Below, piece by piece: positions 12,829 to 26,626 of a stretch of 64,000 nt of DNA. The notes beneath the pieces were generated by a model. It had not been told where the DNA came from, made no database searches, and worked only from the letters and a program-made list of their open reading frames with translations. The stretch's first letter is position 1. Each line of letters begins with the position of its first letter. The position numbers and the translations under genes are program-made. The stretch comes from Antedon mediterranea (Eukaryota; Animalia; Echinodermata): positions 26,037,648 to 26,101,647 of the forward strand of contig NC_092673.1 of assembly GCF_964355755.1 (NCBI RefSeq). The letters are read 5' to 3'.

Positions 12829-15800
12829 CTGAAGAAAAATTTGATAAAAAAATTAAATACAGCAGTACATGCGGATAACTCTACTTGGACGTTCTTTTAT
12901 TCATGTATTGTATTGTTTAATGTATATTCAGGGCTGTAGCCACTAGTAAAGTTGGTAAGGTTTCAACTTTTTCACAGAGGCCTTTTGACAACCCAGTGGC
13001 TTGAACAGAGATTGTTTTCTTTTCTTGCAAAAACCGGACCACTTCATTTCTATTGGCTACATCACTGATATTCAAAATAAATCAAATGTAATGAAAAGAA
13101 GTAGATTTTGAAATCAGCAAATTATATTGAATCATGGTTCAAAAGCAGCACATACACAGTGCAATATTTCTGGTATAAGCCAAACTGTGCGAATTTGAAC
13201 GTTTGAATGACATAATAAATACTATTTTCATAGTTAGAATAACATCTGTTTTTGTTACGAAACACACTCTAAATAGAAGTCCTGAAAAAAATATGTTAGA
13301 ATGTTATACATCAAACAATGTTGTTGCAAATATCTGGGATAAAGCAATTTCATTTACAATGCGAACTTGTTTATACAGCGCACATTTTTGCACTTAGAGA
13401 TTTAATACCATTAACCATTGTATAAATAATGTATTTCTATGTTCCACTTAGATTTGATGCTAGTAAATCATTTTCAGGTATTGAGCCTACTGTAATAATA
13501 ATAATAATGTAACGTTTTTGTTGCATGAAAAAACATAGAGCATAAACATAGTTTGGAACATGGATCACAAATTCCTGGGGAAAGAGGGATGGACACATAA
13601 TAAAGACATTACTATGATTACTGGTGCTATATAAAGTCTAGTTGATTAAATTGATTATTTATATCGATTGGTCATGTTTTTTCTTTCTATTCATTTTATT
13701 TATTTCTTCCTTCCTTTCTTTTCAATTTATTTAAAACAATTTTCAACATTAGTTTCACTAAATAACCAACTAAAGTTTTTCATTCTATTACCTACTGTCT
13801 TTGATCGTTTTTTATTTGAATTGGCAAAATTGATTTCTTATTATATGGATTGTAATGTCTCATATGAAATCATGATCCCAATAATTGTATTTGAACTAAT
13901 TTCAAACAAAACTAGGCAAGTGAATACAATATGTATACATTATGTATAACCATAGATAGTGCCATGAGCATGACTTTGGGATAGTGCTTTTAATCATTAA
14001 ATATTGTATTAATTATCTTACCATGTCAACTCTTACCAGGATGATAGAGTATAACCAGTAAAGGTTGATAAAATGCACATATTAAACAATCACACGCGCC
14101 GTTGGCAAGATTTGAGATAGAGAATAATGTAAAGACAAAGGGTATGATGTCATTTATGCTAATTTGTCAATTACTTTAACGAGTTCACCGGCGCCTCTGA
14201 GTTGTACAATGTTACACTGTGTTAATGGATTCAAGTCATATTTCACACTTAAGTAAAGTTCATAATACTTCAGTTTAGTTCAAAATCCATTTTCATGACT
14301 TCAGTTACTTGAATTACCAGGAATTGTATATTAGCATTGTTATCGCTATTTAACGCACCACTTTCAATCGTTATATTTGACCTCTATTTAGGCAATTATT
14401 TTGTTTGAAGTACAGTACATATAAAAATGATGAGATTCGATATTTACTCTATATGTATGACAACAGTAGATGTCGAAATTAAATTTGAATTCAGAGACGA
14501 ATTCAGACTAAAAAATCCCATGCATTGAATAACAATTATATATTCTTTTCCCAAGTTCATTAAAATAATTTTCTCTCACACACCAGGCTTAGTCACTGCG
14601 ATTTATCAATTACCAACCTGAACAAGGAAAGAAAGTCCATTGATTTCTGGTTATAAATAAACCATTATGAAACAATAGGAGGAGTGGATAACTCTAAATT
14701 TACCAAGAAAACTTGTACCTGGAACTGAGCTGTTTCTGCTGCATAGCACTAAATAAACCATTTATTTAAAAATAGATTGAAAATGTAATTTTTATATTGA
14801 CTGCATTTCTGCACAATAACCGTTTATATCAGTGGGTGGTCAATGAGAACAATCATTCAAAATTACCCAAAATGCAATTGGTCCCGGCAGTTAACTGAAA
14901 CGTTACTGGAGTATTAGTTGACTCAAGGTCAGCAGCTGTCAATCAAATAACTGTTATATTTTGTGTTGCAGCTAAAAGTTTGCCTAGCAATAACCGGTTA
15001 AATGACGTTCTAACACCGCATTGAATGGGTGTTTTTAACTGTTTTTTTGCGCTGCTTACTAAAAATTGTCCTGTTTTTAAGCAGGTAGGTCTAATAAAAT
15101 CTACCTTATATCAATTGAACTTACACTCCAATACTTATAAGTACTAATTTTGATTCATGGCAAACTATTTTAAAATGCAATTTTGACTGCAGATTCATTA
15201 CAAATTCAGAATATATTACTGATGACAGGTTTATACCAATTTATTTCACACCTATTAAAATATCCATTGTCCAGAAATGAGACACAAGAGAATATATGAA
15301 AGTAATTAAATTTATTAGAAACGCGACCAAAATATCATTTTAACCATTACCAGGAAGATGATGCGTTTACTGCGGCCAATTGAGTTTGACACCGAAAGGA
15401 AGACTTTCAAAGTATAACAGTAATTATAAACAAATCAATAATACTAAGTTGATCATTATATAGCAATCAGAATCTCTTTAACACATTTTCAAACGGTAAA
15501 AGTAGATTCTGTAAAAAAAAAAGTGCAACTTCAATGATCAAAGTTGATTGTAAATAAATATGACCTTTATTTAAGTTGGACCAACTCTAACTAAAAGACA
15601 AAAAACATTTGTGAAGCAAAAGATCTTATAATTTTACATTTTAATAATGACAATCCAATTTGATTCTTTTTAGACGATGTATCAGATCTGTGTAGCTTGC
15701 CTATTATTGGTTGAAAGTTTATTTAGTATCAACCAATCAAATAAGTTGTAACCATAAAACTACATATATATCACATTAATAATTAACATCAACAATCACC

Positions 15801-16157
15801 TTCTATCATTCATATGCTATTCAGACTGGCGGGTGTTCAGAATATATAACTAAATGATTTTTATTATACATTTATTTATTCATCTTTTTCTACTTTTTCA
15901 CAAAAGTTCCCAAGAGGCATTTGACAGCCTATTTTTCTTTTATGGATACATTTTTTTTTTAGAATATAAATTTACAGGAGCCTAGAGTTATTTACAGTTA
16001 ATAACATATTTTGTTAGTCCCTTCAATAAAGATTGAAAACATAAATTTTCATTTTCATTCACTTAGAAGACACTCACAAAAACTTGATATAAATTCCTGC
16101 TTTAACATTCTTTAAATGAAAAATATTACTACAAAATGTTCATCTAGCATTGTTTCA

Positions 16158-16460
16158 CCAAACCTATTGAACAAACTTTTAGCAAACCTGTTTAGCAGAT
16201 TTATTTGCAATCTTGTTTATCAAACCTGAGTTTAGCAAACTTGTTTATCAAACCTGTTTAGCAAATTTGTTTAGCAAACCTGAGTTTAGCAACCTGTTTT
16301 GCAAACCTGAGTTTAGCAAACCTGAGTTTAGCAAACTTGTTTAGCAAACCTGAGTTTAGCAAACTTGTTTAGCAAACTTTTTTAGCAATCCAGTTTAGCA
16401 ATCCTATTTAGCAAACCTGTTTAGCAAAACTATTTAGCAAACCTGTTTAGTAACTTGTTT
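16158..16460. repeat. Degenerate 13/15-bp minisatellite
   Basis: Units TTTAGCAAAC(C/T)TG with or without an extra AG, about 20 copies. Confidence 0.9.
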
Positions 16461-18448
16461 GGGTAATAAAAATGTGTTTATACTGTAGTATAAGATCATC
16501 TTTCAAAAATAACATTCACACGCCTCATGCGAAATATAAAATAGCAAATCAATTTTCTAATAAATATTTTAGATAAGATGGATAAAATGATACACTGCGT
16601 GTTAATAGATGACCAATATCATTATATTGTTTATAATCCCCATTGTTAATATTTCATTGTATCTTGTCTCTTTTGATTTATGACCAGTCCTATAATAATA
16701 TTATATTTTGCTTCATTATTATTCTTTTTGCTATAAAGTAAACAATTTGTCAAATTGATGTATAGTTGATGTTACATAAACAGCTCATGTTTCTTGCGCT
16801 TTACTTAATATGTATTCATGAGCTCACTTGCAGACGACGTCATCAACAAATGTAAATAAAACACTACAGAAATAAATTGTATAAAAACCTTCCATAAATT
16901 AAGTATTCAAGAGTCAAGCAAATATTTATGTAAAACCTAATTATTTTTTTTATTGACAAAATTTTCAGAATAATGTAAATCGCACATAATAAAACGCAAA
17001 AAGTACTAAAATTAAATTTATTTTTTCCATTGTGATTGTAAATGTACTTTTAATTGGTTCAAAAGGACTTTCTTGTTTCGTTTCTCTCTTTTTCGTTCTG
17101 TTCTTTGGAGTACAGTGTATGTTTTAGTAAAACATTAAACAAAATAAAACTACTATTTTAGTAACTACCAGTTTTCAACAAATTTCTTTCTCATATTTTT
17201 ACTAAACTATACTAAAACAAGGTTTCATCTTTCTCTATTTTTATTGAAAATAAAGAGTTTAAATACATTCACAACATAAACACAATCAAATTTCCGAGTT
17301 GTTTTGCTTTCTTTAGTTGCTATGACAAAAATATAACTAATACTTTTTAGAAATTAGGAAGTAGAAATTGGTGATTCAAGGAAAAAAAAATAATGGTTAC
17401 AAATATTTTATTCATCTGTAATATTATTCAAATATTATTTTAGATTTAAGATTATTCACTACCGAAGTCAATTTCAAAAACCACAAACCAATACTGTCAA
17501 AATGTGTATCTGGTATTCTTGTACATAACGACATAAGCAGATAACAATCAAAATGAAACCACTCAGAAACTGTGTACAGAAATGGTACCGAAAGTTGACA
17601 ATACTCTAAAATATTAGTTTTAAAACTCAGTATGTTTAAAAAACAAAAACAAGCCTGAACAAATTTCACCTCATATTTTATGATAATAATGGAAATATCA
17701 AGTATTATTGGGAAAATATACAATTCTCTACATCATGTGAGTACCTAAAGTTTTTTTTTGCTAAATGAATTTAATTTTCCGAGATTATAGAAATGTTTTG
17801 ATAAATATAATAAATTCAAGCCTTAATTTCTCAAACCAGGTTTAATGCAAATTGATGCATTGGTAATTTTAACGGTGAATTAGTTATTTCTTGGAAATTC
17901 TTTTACTCTAAATCTTTAGAAAGAAATCGAGTAATGGCAAATTAAATAAATAAAAAAAATTGATTAAAGTAAAGTAATTGATTAAAGTAAATGGGTTATT
18001 ATTTTTAACTTTCTAAATATTGCTTAATATATACAAGCGGATTCTCAGTAGTGTATCTATAATTTGTATAGGCAATAAGCAATAGGCAATTTTAGGTATA
18101 CGCTTGAAGGAAATAAATATAATTTTAATTCTTTTTCAACCCACTGTTACAAGAGCTGCACAATATTAATATTACAGTATGTTTGAATTATAATCTAAAG
18201 GTTATTACAAACTAATATGATATTTTTTCTGCAAGATTGACTTTCCAAGATTATTTTACTTTTAGAGTGCACTATTTCAGGTCATATGCTTATAAAATGA
18301 CAAGACTAATATTAAGTATAATTTGATTCCCATCATTCCTTGCAAGGATACTACCAAGTGCATCACCAAATAAACTTATATCATCTATATTAAAGGTTAT
18401 TAAAGTTTAATAAAATGTTAAATGTATTATTCTGGTCCTCAAGTTTAA

Positions 18449-19073
18449 AGCCCCATTCCCTACGTTTTTTAGATCTAATTTAAGATCACAAACTATATTT
18501 AATGTAAAAATAATACTATATGGTCCTATTGCGATAACTTTTTTTGTCTTTAAACGGTTAAAAATGTAAAAAATAAGACGATTCTAATAATTATAGCGTC
18601 CCGCTATAAATCCCAAAATGCATTGCGTGCGGATTGATATTTTTGTTTTTCACCTGTAATTCGCCCACTTTTCGATCGATCGTGAGGCCAAAACAAATGG
18701 AAGACTCCTAACTTTTCAGCGAAAATACCGGTTTTTCCCCAATTTGTATCAACGGAGTCTGGCAAAAATAGAAAGACAATTAATGCAGCAACTATACAAC
18801 GTCAGGCTAGGTATATAGCTAGCGTACGATGTTCGTACGTTACCGATGTTTACCAGCTAGGCCTACAAAACTAAGCCTAGCTAGGCTAGGCCTAAGACCG
18901 TCCACGAGAGGTCGATCGCCGCGAGCTACTTAGGTAGTGCATTGATTCTCACTTTTTATCATAATTACCATAAAACGTACATTTAAGACAAGGAATGACA
19001 TGGTTTAATGTTTTTAAAGTGATATATATATATTATTTTCCAAAAAACGTCCAAAATTGCAGGGAAGGGGTCT
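18449..19073. mobile_element. 625-bp non-autonomous DNA transposon with TTAA target duplication (Kolobok-like)
   Basis: TTAA|AGCCCCATTCCCT ... AGGGAAGGGGTCT|TTAA. Imperfect 13-bp TIR beginning AG. TTAA TSD with purine-purine termini is typical of Kolobok rather than piggyBac (CC ends). Confidence 0.7.
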
Positions 19074-19077
19074 TTAA

Positions 19078-19257
19078 CTGGAAACGGAGGATTAGGCCCT
19101 CGACGGACACATGGAAGCCAGCAGTGCAGCGCCTACCAGATTAGCACACCTGGAAATGATCCCCTACTCTTTTCGAATAACATGTATAATGTGCACCTCG
19201 AACCCATGCCTATCACATGCTAGTCTGATATTATATACCATCACTCTCTAGTGTATA
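19078..19257 (-). mobile_element. SINE fragment: degenerate tRNA-like B box plus the 3' part of a Deu/Nin domain
   Basis: Minus strand: ...GGGTTCGAGG...TATTCGAAAAGAGTAGGGGATCATTTCCAGGTGTG, resembling the Deu-domain motif also seen at ~26010-26040. Confidence 0.55.
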
Positions 19258-19366
19258 TACAGCACCCGCCGCTATTTATAGACAATCTCCCATCCAGAAC
19301 GCAACCAGGCCCAACGTTGCTTAACTTCGGTGACGAGAACCGGTGTTTGAACGCAGTATGGCCGTA
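19258..19366 (-). pseudogene. 5S rRNA-derived sequence (pseudogene or SINE3-type head)
   Basis: Minus strand TACGGCCATACTGCGTTCAAACACCGGTTCTCGTCACCGAAGTTAAGCAACGTTGGGCCTGGTTGCGTTCTGGATGGGAGA...CGGGTGCTGTA aligns by eye to metazoan 5S rRNA with several substitutions and indels. Confidence 0.85.
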
Positions 19367-20483
19367 TATAATTAAATGTTGTATAAATGTGCGCTATACA
19401 AGTAATAACAATAATAATAATAATAATATAATATTATAAAAAACGATTTGTGTTGGTTTTTCTTCAGTTACTGGCACTTTTTATTAAGTTACTTTTTTTA
19501 TTGGCTAATTCTAAAGGCTATCTAACGGTTGACATTGTTGTTAATATCTTTGGAGTCCGATTAATTATTCAAATATCACGTATCTTACATGTATCACACA
19601 GTACACAACTTGACATCGCGCACATTGTATACGCTAGCATTTCATTCTAATACGCTCACGCACTTTATCGAACATACTTTTAAACCAAACCAAAACCATA
19701 CAACGACAAGACATCCATTGATTCAGTTCAATACCATTTTTAGGTAAATTTTGAATTAATTATTATTTTCTATCAATTCTACCATTTTCATATAAAGATA
19801 TTGTGGAACCACGTCAGGTCAAGTTCAATATTGAATATCGAAACGTGGCAGGCTGAAGGCGCTTGACCTTTGACAAGATCGCCTAAATTTTTAGTTTATA
19901 ACTTTACAATACTTAGTGTTGTATATTCTGGTACAGCCGCTCCATGATCTCTTTGCTTTTCTTCCTTATATCTTTACTCTTTTTAAAAGTTTTACTAACG
20001 ATTTTTATTTTATTTTATTATAGGCTATTTATATTTTTGCTTTATGTACACGACAACTAACGATCAAATAACAGTTTTTCACATCGCAACTTATACAACG
20101 TAATTTTGAAAACTACAACCATTTTTCTATATACATACAACGTACATTTCTAGTTTAACAAAAACATTTTTCTAAACTTTCTATTATTTAAAAGTCGAAG
20201 ATAGCCAGGTCTCGGGTCCATTCTATTGTCGCCACAGATTGATATCTTCATCAGTACTTCTATGACTGGATGATTCGGTGGGAACACGAACGCTAGTTGA
20301 TCATACCCAGTACCGTTTTGATCGTACGATTAATCGGGAAACCACATCACGACCTAGTACAAGTTTTTCAATGATGTAATATGTTTGGAGTAAAGTGGGA
20401 GAAGGTACTGCTTCTTGTCCACCCAGATATAATTCTCGTTTTAAAATGTATTTAGGACAATATAGAATGATAACTTAACATAC

Positions 20484-20553
20484 CTCCATGTGGAAAAAAC
20501 TGTGAATATATTGACTTAAATGTTTCTTCATTCACAACTCCTGTAGGACATTC
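20484..20553 (-). CDS. KCNIP: KChIP core exon (EF1, CPxG-inactivated loop): [23 protein letters not shown](D)
   Basis: tttctag|GAA TGT CCT...GGA G|gtatgt. 70 nt, phase 0-1. Nearly identical to vertebrate [23 protein letters not shown]. Confidence 0.97.
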
Positions 20554-21485
20554 CTAGAAAAAAAAACCAAATACTTTCATTTATTTTTGTCTCCATAAAA
20601 ATACAATTTTTAAAACAAGGATACGAAAAAACAACACAAAAAACAATCAGAGACAGGATTCCTAAAATCGAACTTAATTACTATCTAGTAGGTCTCCTAT
20701 TGCACTGATTGGATAAAAAAACATTTAGAATATAATTTTTATAAACATTTAAAATGCATAAAAATACTATGTCAAAATAAAATTAATTAATCATTAAAAA
20801 TCATCAATAAATTAAGACAATAGCATAGAATCAAAACCAATGAAATCAATCACATTATATAAAAAAAAGCATAGATAATTTGGTAACTTGAACAGACACC
20901 TACAATTTAAAATCAAGTAATTTATAAACTAGTATGGATGGATGTATAAATTGTTCATTTTTAATGATGTACTGTATTACAAATTTAACTGTTCTAGTTG
21001 CTTCTTATTCAATTAAATTCATATTAACCTCTATAATTTCCCTGTAATGTACAATGGTGAATTGGTCCAATTGTATAGCAAGGAAAGCCCTTCAGTCATT
21101 GCATGCCTTTACTGATACAGTTCAATTTGAAATAAGGAAGACGGTAATATCGTATATGATCAGATTCAATTTGTGTTTAACGATACTGATTTCTATACAT
21201 TAAGATAGCCGTATCTGGGTTTCTTAAAGTACAAATGAAAGCCTAATGGCTAAATATTGTTGCCTGAACACAATGTATAATAAGGAAGATAGTATCACGA
21301 TGTAGAGTAAATGATCAGATTCATGTAGGATTTAACGATACTTATTTAGATACATTTGGATAGTATCACAGGTTCAAATGAAAAGACTCGACATACATAA
21401 GCCTCAAGACATATTGTAAGTAGAAAAGATAGTTTATAATAACACAATATTGCTATTAGATACAGTAGTTTACAAGCAAGTCACT

Positions 21486-21742
21486 CTACAAAGTACAAAT
21501 AAAAAGCATCATCAAAATAAAATTGTTAATAGATTAATTTAGCATTGATTTAATGATACATATTGCTTATGATAGTTGTATTATAAGCATGTACTAAAGC
21601 ATGTCTACAAAGTACCAATAATATAAAAACCATCACTGCTAAAATCAAAATAAAAATGCTAATAGATTAATTTAGCATTGATTTTTTTAAATTTTTATTG
21701 CTTTTTATAGTTGTATTAAGCATGTACTAAGCATGTTTACAA
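21486..21742. repeat. Local imperfect tandem duplication (about 135-bp unit)
   Basis: TAATAGATTAATTTAGCATTGATTT...ATAGTTGTATTA...AGCATGTACTAA...GCATGT occurs at ~21527 and ~21660. Confidence 0.75.
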
Positions 21743-22264
21743 ATGAAAACAATTGAGAAGATATTGAGAAGATAATAAGCCCATCTATATACAGTATTTC
21801 CTCCATGATAAGACATATTCATTTAAGATTTATTGAATGATATCTATGCTATATACCATTTTGCTTTGTATAATAATTACAAGCGGTTGCTTCAAAGTAA
21901 AATTGTATCATCATAAAGGTAAGAATAATGTTATGGGATCTAGTACACAAGGATTTATTTAAATATGCATAACAAGAAATTCATCTTGCAAAAACACTGG
22001 TTATGTTAAAATGAATTATATTACTTTATGATTTGATTATGATTTTACATTGCGTTCTTTTTATGTATCTTTCAGCCTGTTTTACAGTTGATGTTGAGTC
22101 TCATTAAGTTGCGTTGAATTTTCAAATCGCTAAAGTTGAAAATAAATAACGATGATCGAGTCGGACCGTTATTATACACAGTTTTATGGTTCTTTCGAGG
22201 ATTGTTGGGACACACGGACGTGAAGTGAAGTGCAGCTAGCGGCCTATGTGAAAATTGAAAAAGT

Positions 22265-22579
22265 TATGGGTTATGGTCCCAGCCTAGGAGATGTTCTTGC
22301 TGATATCTAGTCTAGGCTTACCTACACTATGGGTTATGGTCCCAGCCTAGGAGATGTTCTTGCTGATATCTAGTCTAGGCTTACCTACACTATGGGTTAT
22401 GGTCCCAGCCTAGGAGATGTTCTTGCTGATATCTAGTCTAGGCTTACCTACACTATGGGTTATGGTCCCAGCCTAGGAGATGTTCTTGCTGATATCTAGT
22501 CTAGGCTTACCTACACTATGGGTTATGGTCCCAGCCTAGGAGATGTTCTTGCTGATATCTAGTCTAGGCTTTCTACACT
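22265..22579. repeat. 63-bp tandem repeat, 5 copies
   Basis: Unit TATGGGTTATGGTCCCAGCCTAGGAGATGTTCTTGCTGATATCTAGTCTAGGCTTACCTACAC. Confidence 0.97.
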
Positions 22580-24802
22580 AAAGACATTTTAATGTTTAAA
22601 AACATTAAATAAAATTGTATTCTAAGTGTATTTTAATATCTTATCTTACCAAGGAAGACAAATTTTAAAACGAAAAAAGTTCATCTGTTTCTATATACAC
22701 TGCCACAAACACAATGGAATATAAAAATGACTGTGGTAATTAGATGCGAAAGCACAGATTCTGCAAGGATTTATTTAATGATGAATACTGACGGTGAAAC
22801 GAAAGCGTATAAAAACTCAACCGGATCCGCTACATCTGGCTAGGTCATAAAATCGGATGATGCTAACTATTAAGGATGATATACATCTCAACGGAATAAA
22901 CTAACAATTTTAATTGTCTAATTATTATAATTTACTTTCGCTTTTTTCCATAAAATATAGTACATTTCCAGGTAGCTTATTAATGCTTATATTATGCTGA
23001 ATTCAGAATAAGATTTTCCCATCAATAATAATTGTGATTTTCCAAAATTCAATATAATTACAATAATGTCTTTTTGCAGATTAGAATATTCAAAAATTAT
23101 CCACAGTATAAACATTTAATTTAAAAATTATTAATAATAATATAATATTAATAATACAAGAAGTAATAAAGAATAAATGTAAGTCAATATTTGCATAACT
23201 TAAGTCTTTCCCCTGACACGTTTTAAACTTACATTTATAATAATATGATTGGTATTCTGATTTAATTTGATATTTCTAAAATAATTATTCATATTTTGTG
23301 TGAATTGAAATCCTATATTAGAGTCCTTGGGAATATTGATCCCATCTTTAAAAAATGAATAAATTTTAATAGTTTTGAATTATTATTTTTAGATTTCTAC
23401 ATCGCTAACTATTTTTCAGGCCTTTTTTTTTTGCTGATTTTTTTAATGAGAATGAGATATTGTGAGACTTTATTTGAATCCCAAGTTAAAAGTTAGTTAA
23501 AAACAATATTTATATGTTTAAAATATAAATCTATGCAATAAACAAGTCAATCTCATCTTTACTCCAGCATTCATTATCATCTGTTCCTACTATTTTCAAT
23601 CAAGTTTACATTGCTAAAGAGCTGAACTTGACAACACAATTAAATAAATTCAATTATAATATCCCTTTAGAGTTATTAAGAAGTATTTACATCAATTTAT
23701 CTTACGTAAATGTAGGTATTACATGTTTTTATGAATGCTCTCGTGACCGTTTATCGTTTTATGATGAAACTGGAAAAGAAAAGTGTAAAAATGAAGTTTA
23801 TGAGTTGAATATTTCATGAGTAAGACAGACTGTTCTATTAACAGGGCAGAGGTGATTTAAATAGAACAGGCAGGCTTTTAAATCTTTTGTAATCGTTAAA
23901 TATTCTACACATTCAACAAATACAAAACATTCATTACTATTCACAGCTACTGTTCTAAAGTAAACTTTTATTTAATTAATCTGCTGATTCCATCTTGAAT
24001 TCAAAAGACGGCAGACGAGGTCTTTAAAAAAGGCAACACTTTTTTTTACCATGAAGTAAAACAGACAGACGGTGCACACAGGTTGGCAAAGGTAACCCGC
24101 TTCGCATTTCACAAAAGTCTAAAAATGTTCACATGGAATATTAACGTGAAATAGAGCAATTTAAGACATGACATATAAATAACACACTTAATTATCTCCA
24201 ACAATCCAAAGAAATTATAAACACTTTTGCAGTAAAACATATATAAACATATACAACAGATATAAAAATATAAATAAGAACAATACAAAAGGTGAGATAT
24301 ACATAGGTAAGGTAAGATTAACCTTTACCATGCAATAGAACTAATACTAAACAACACATGATACAAAATTAACCAATCAGGGATACGCTCAAGTAAACTA
24401 ATTACACAACTAATCCAAAGGCCTACCATACATATTAATGTACAGTAGTTATTAATTTATTTATTTTTTCTATCCTTATCTAGAAGTAATATTAGATAAA
24501 GGATCTTTAGCTTAAACCTTACTTTTCGTTATCAATAAGTAATGAAAGCTATCAGGTGATATGGCTTCCCATTCTAGAGAAAACGAACATTATCAGAGTA
24601 AAGCATCGATGAATCAATGCTTCAAGATAATATTTTGATTTTATAGAAGAAGCAATAGGATAATTAAATTAACCTTCAAAGATGATTGAAGAAAATGAGA
24701 TAGAGAATAATTTTAACAAAATAATATTATTTCATCCAGCATAGTTACTAAAAGCAACACTTATAAAGGGAAATGAATAGAGGAAATTTATTATTGCATT
24801 AA

Positions 24803-25130
24803 AGATGTATTGTCCCCCAAAAACATGAAACATGAAGATTAATTAAATCAGACTTTGAATGTGTTATTTTGCAGTTTTAATAAAGTTAATCACTGTCGTA
24901 GAAAAAAAACCGGGAAAAAAAAATGTTTTCACTTATAAAATAACAAAATATACGGTTAAATTCAACCAAAAACCCATGGCATGGCAGCCAATTTGCCCAT
25001 TTTTTGCTTTAAAGTACGGTTTTTTCAGGTAAATACATTTTTTTCGATCCAATTTTTGGTCAAAGTGGATAACTATTATGTTATATTAAAATGGCATATT
25101 CAACAAAAAATTTGTTAAGACAATACATCT
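24803..25130. mobile_element. 328-bp MITE with TTAA TSD (Kolobok-like)
   Basis: TTAA|AGATGTATTGTC ... GACAATACATCT|TTAA, a perfect 12-bp TIR. Confidence 0.85.
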
Positions 25131-25362
25131 TTAAGCTGTTGAAAACCCTATTAAATCATTCTATGCTTTTCAATTTTGATTAAATTTTTGAATTTGAAAA
25201 ATTGTAGCATCAAGATCCAATTTATACCCTCATAATTTAGGTCTGCACAAGGTCATGTTATGTCAAATATAAGCATCTATATTTCTTTATCACTTTATAT
25301 CCGATTTTAGTATTTTACTGTGTAGAAAGAACAAGTGTTTACTAGTTGAGGCCACTGTTATA

Positions 25363-25513
25363 AAACTCTGTCTACACTATCCAACTTTATGTGACCAAAA
25401 ATGTGATGTGCCCATATATATGGACATGATGATGATGTCACCATATTTAAGCCTATCAATTTGGGCATCATCACACTTTTTTTGCAAAACTAGTTTGATA
25501 GTGGACAGAGCTT
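25363..25513. mobile_element. MITE family A copy, TA-flanked
   Basis: TA|AAACTCTGTCTACACTATCCAAC ... GTTTGATAGTGGACAGAGCTT|TA. Confidence 0.85.
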
Positions 25514-25823
25514 TAGTACAAACTAGTTGCTCTCGCTGATTTATTTTACAGTATTTTTTTAAATTGACAATCCCATGTGTAAAGTACAACACCGATTTAA
25601 TGTCAATTAATGTAAATAAACATATTCCAATGTATTGTTGCTAGTATATTTAAGTCTAAATATTAATGACATGTTAAGTTGGATTATAAATATAATATAT
25701 CTTTAAATAACTATTTATCAACATAAATTAGTGAATCATTAGCTAGAACTATAAAGATCAAATCGGGGTTCAAATACATAATAAAAAATAATAGGAATCT
25801 GATGGTACTATTTAAATGAACCT

Positions 25824-26141
25824 GAAAGTGAGTGGCCGAGCGGTTAAGACAGTGGAACTGCAATTACATAGCCATAACATCGGCAGGGGTTCAAGGCTCA
25901 CTCATTCCATGGTTCTGGTGGTAGAACGAGTCTTCTCGGAGAAGGACTATAAACCGTAGGTCCATTGTACACATCTAGCTCGTGTGCACTTTAAAGAACC
26001 TAGTACATCTTTCGAGATGAGTAGGGGGTTACCCCGGTGTATTAGTACATCACAGCCACTCATCATAACTGGGCCCCCTCTGGGAGACCAGTCTTTGACT
26101 GAAGAGGTTACCCAGTATAAATATATATTTCAATCAATCAA
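25824..26141 (+). mobile_element. Full-length tRNA-derived SINE with a Deu/Nin-type central domain
   Basis: A box TGGCCGAGCGG, B box GGTTCAAGGC, core CTCGGAGAAGGACTATAAACCGTAGGTCC...GCACTTTAAAGAACC...TTCGAGATGAGTAGGGGGTTACCCCGGTGT, and a (CAAT)n tail. Confidence 0.8.
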
Positions 26142-26435
26142 AGTTATATTGTTGGTAAGATTTGCATGTCAAATTTCCACTAGATAGGTTTATATTAAAT
26201 TGATCAAACAATTGCTAATAATAATACCACATATTTTAGTTGGAAAATTACAAATATAATTTATAAGAATGTAACTTAATATATATAAAAAAAAACATAT
26301 AAAAAAGAAACAAAAATAGCAATTTTGGTTGCAAAGAAACGTTTGTAAGACTGTTTACATTGATATTTTTGTCCCTGTAAATATGGAGAAAAAGGTGAAT
26401 GTAGACAAAACAAAAGACACAATAAAAAAAATAAA

Positions 26436-26626
26436 ACGTATGGCCTAAGCACCTTTACTTCTGCTGCCTCTAGCTTATGGAATGACCTACCCGCCTCTAT
26501 TAGATCATGTTCTTCTACTACCGCCTTTAAATCTGCCTTGAAAACTCATCTTTTTCTTTCAAATTGAGCTCTCTCATACACTTACTGCTGGAATTGGCGC
26601 ATTACAAATTCAAATTATTATTATTA
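26436..26626 (+). mobile_element. 5'-truncated LINE 3' end (L2/CR1 group)
   Basis: Translates TYGLSTFTSAASSLWNDLPASIRSCSSTTAFKSALKTHLFLSN*, the conserved C-terminal LWNxLP...FKxxLKTHLF motif. Followed by GGCGCATTACAAAT and a (TTA)n tail. Confidence 0.85.

Noticed and set aside
19258-19366. Functional 5S rRNA gene
   Set aside because: Single copy with an internal deletion, several substitutions, eroded ends and no oligo-T terminator.
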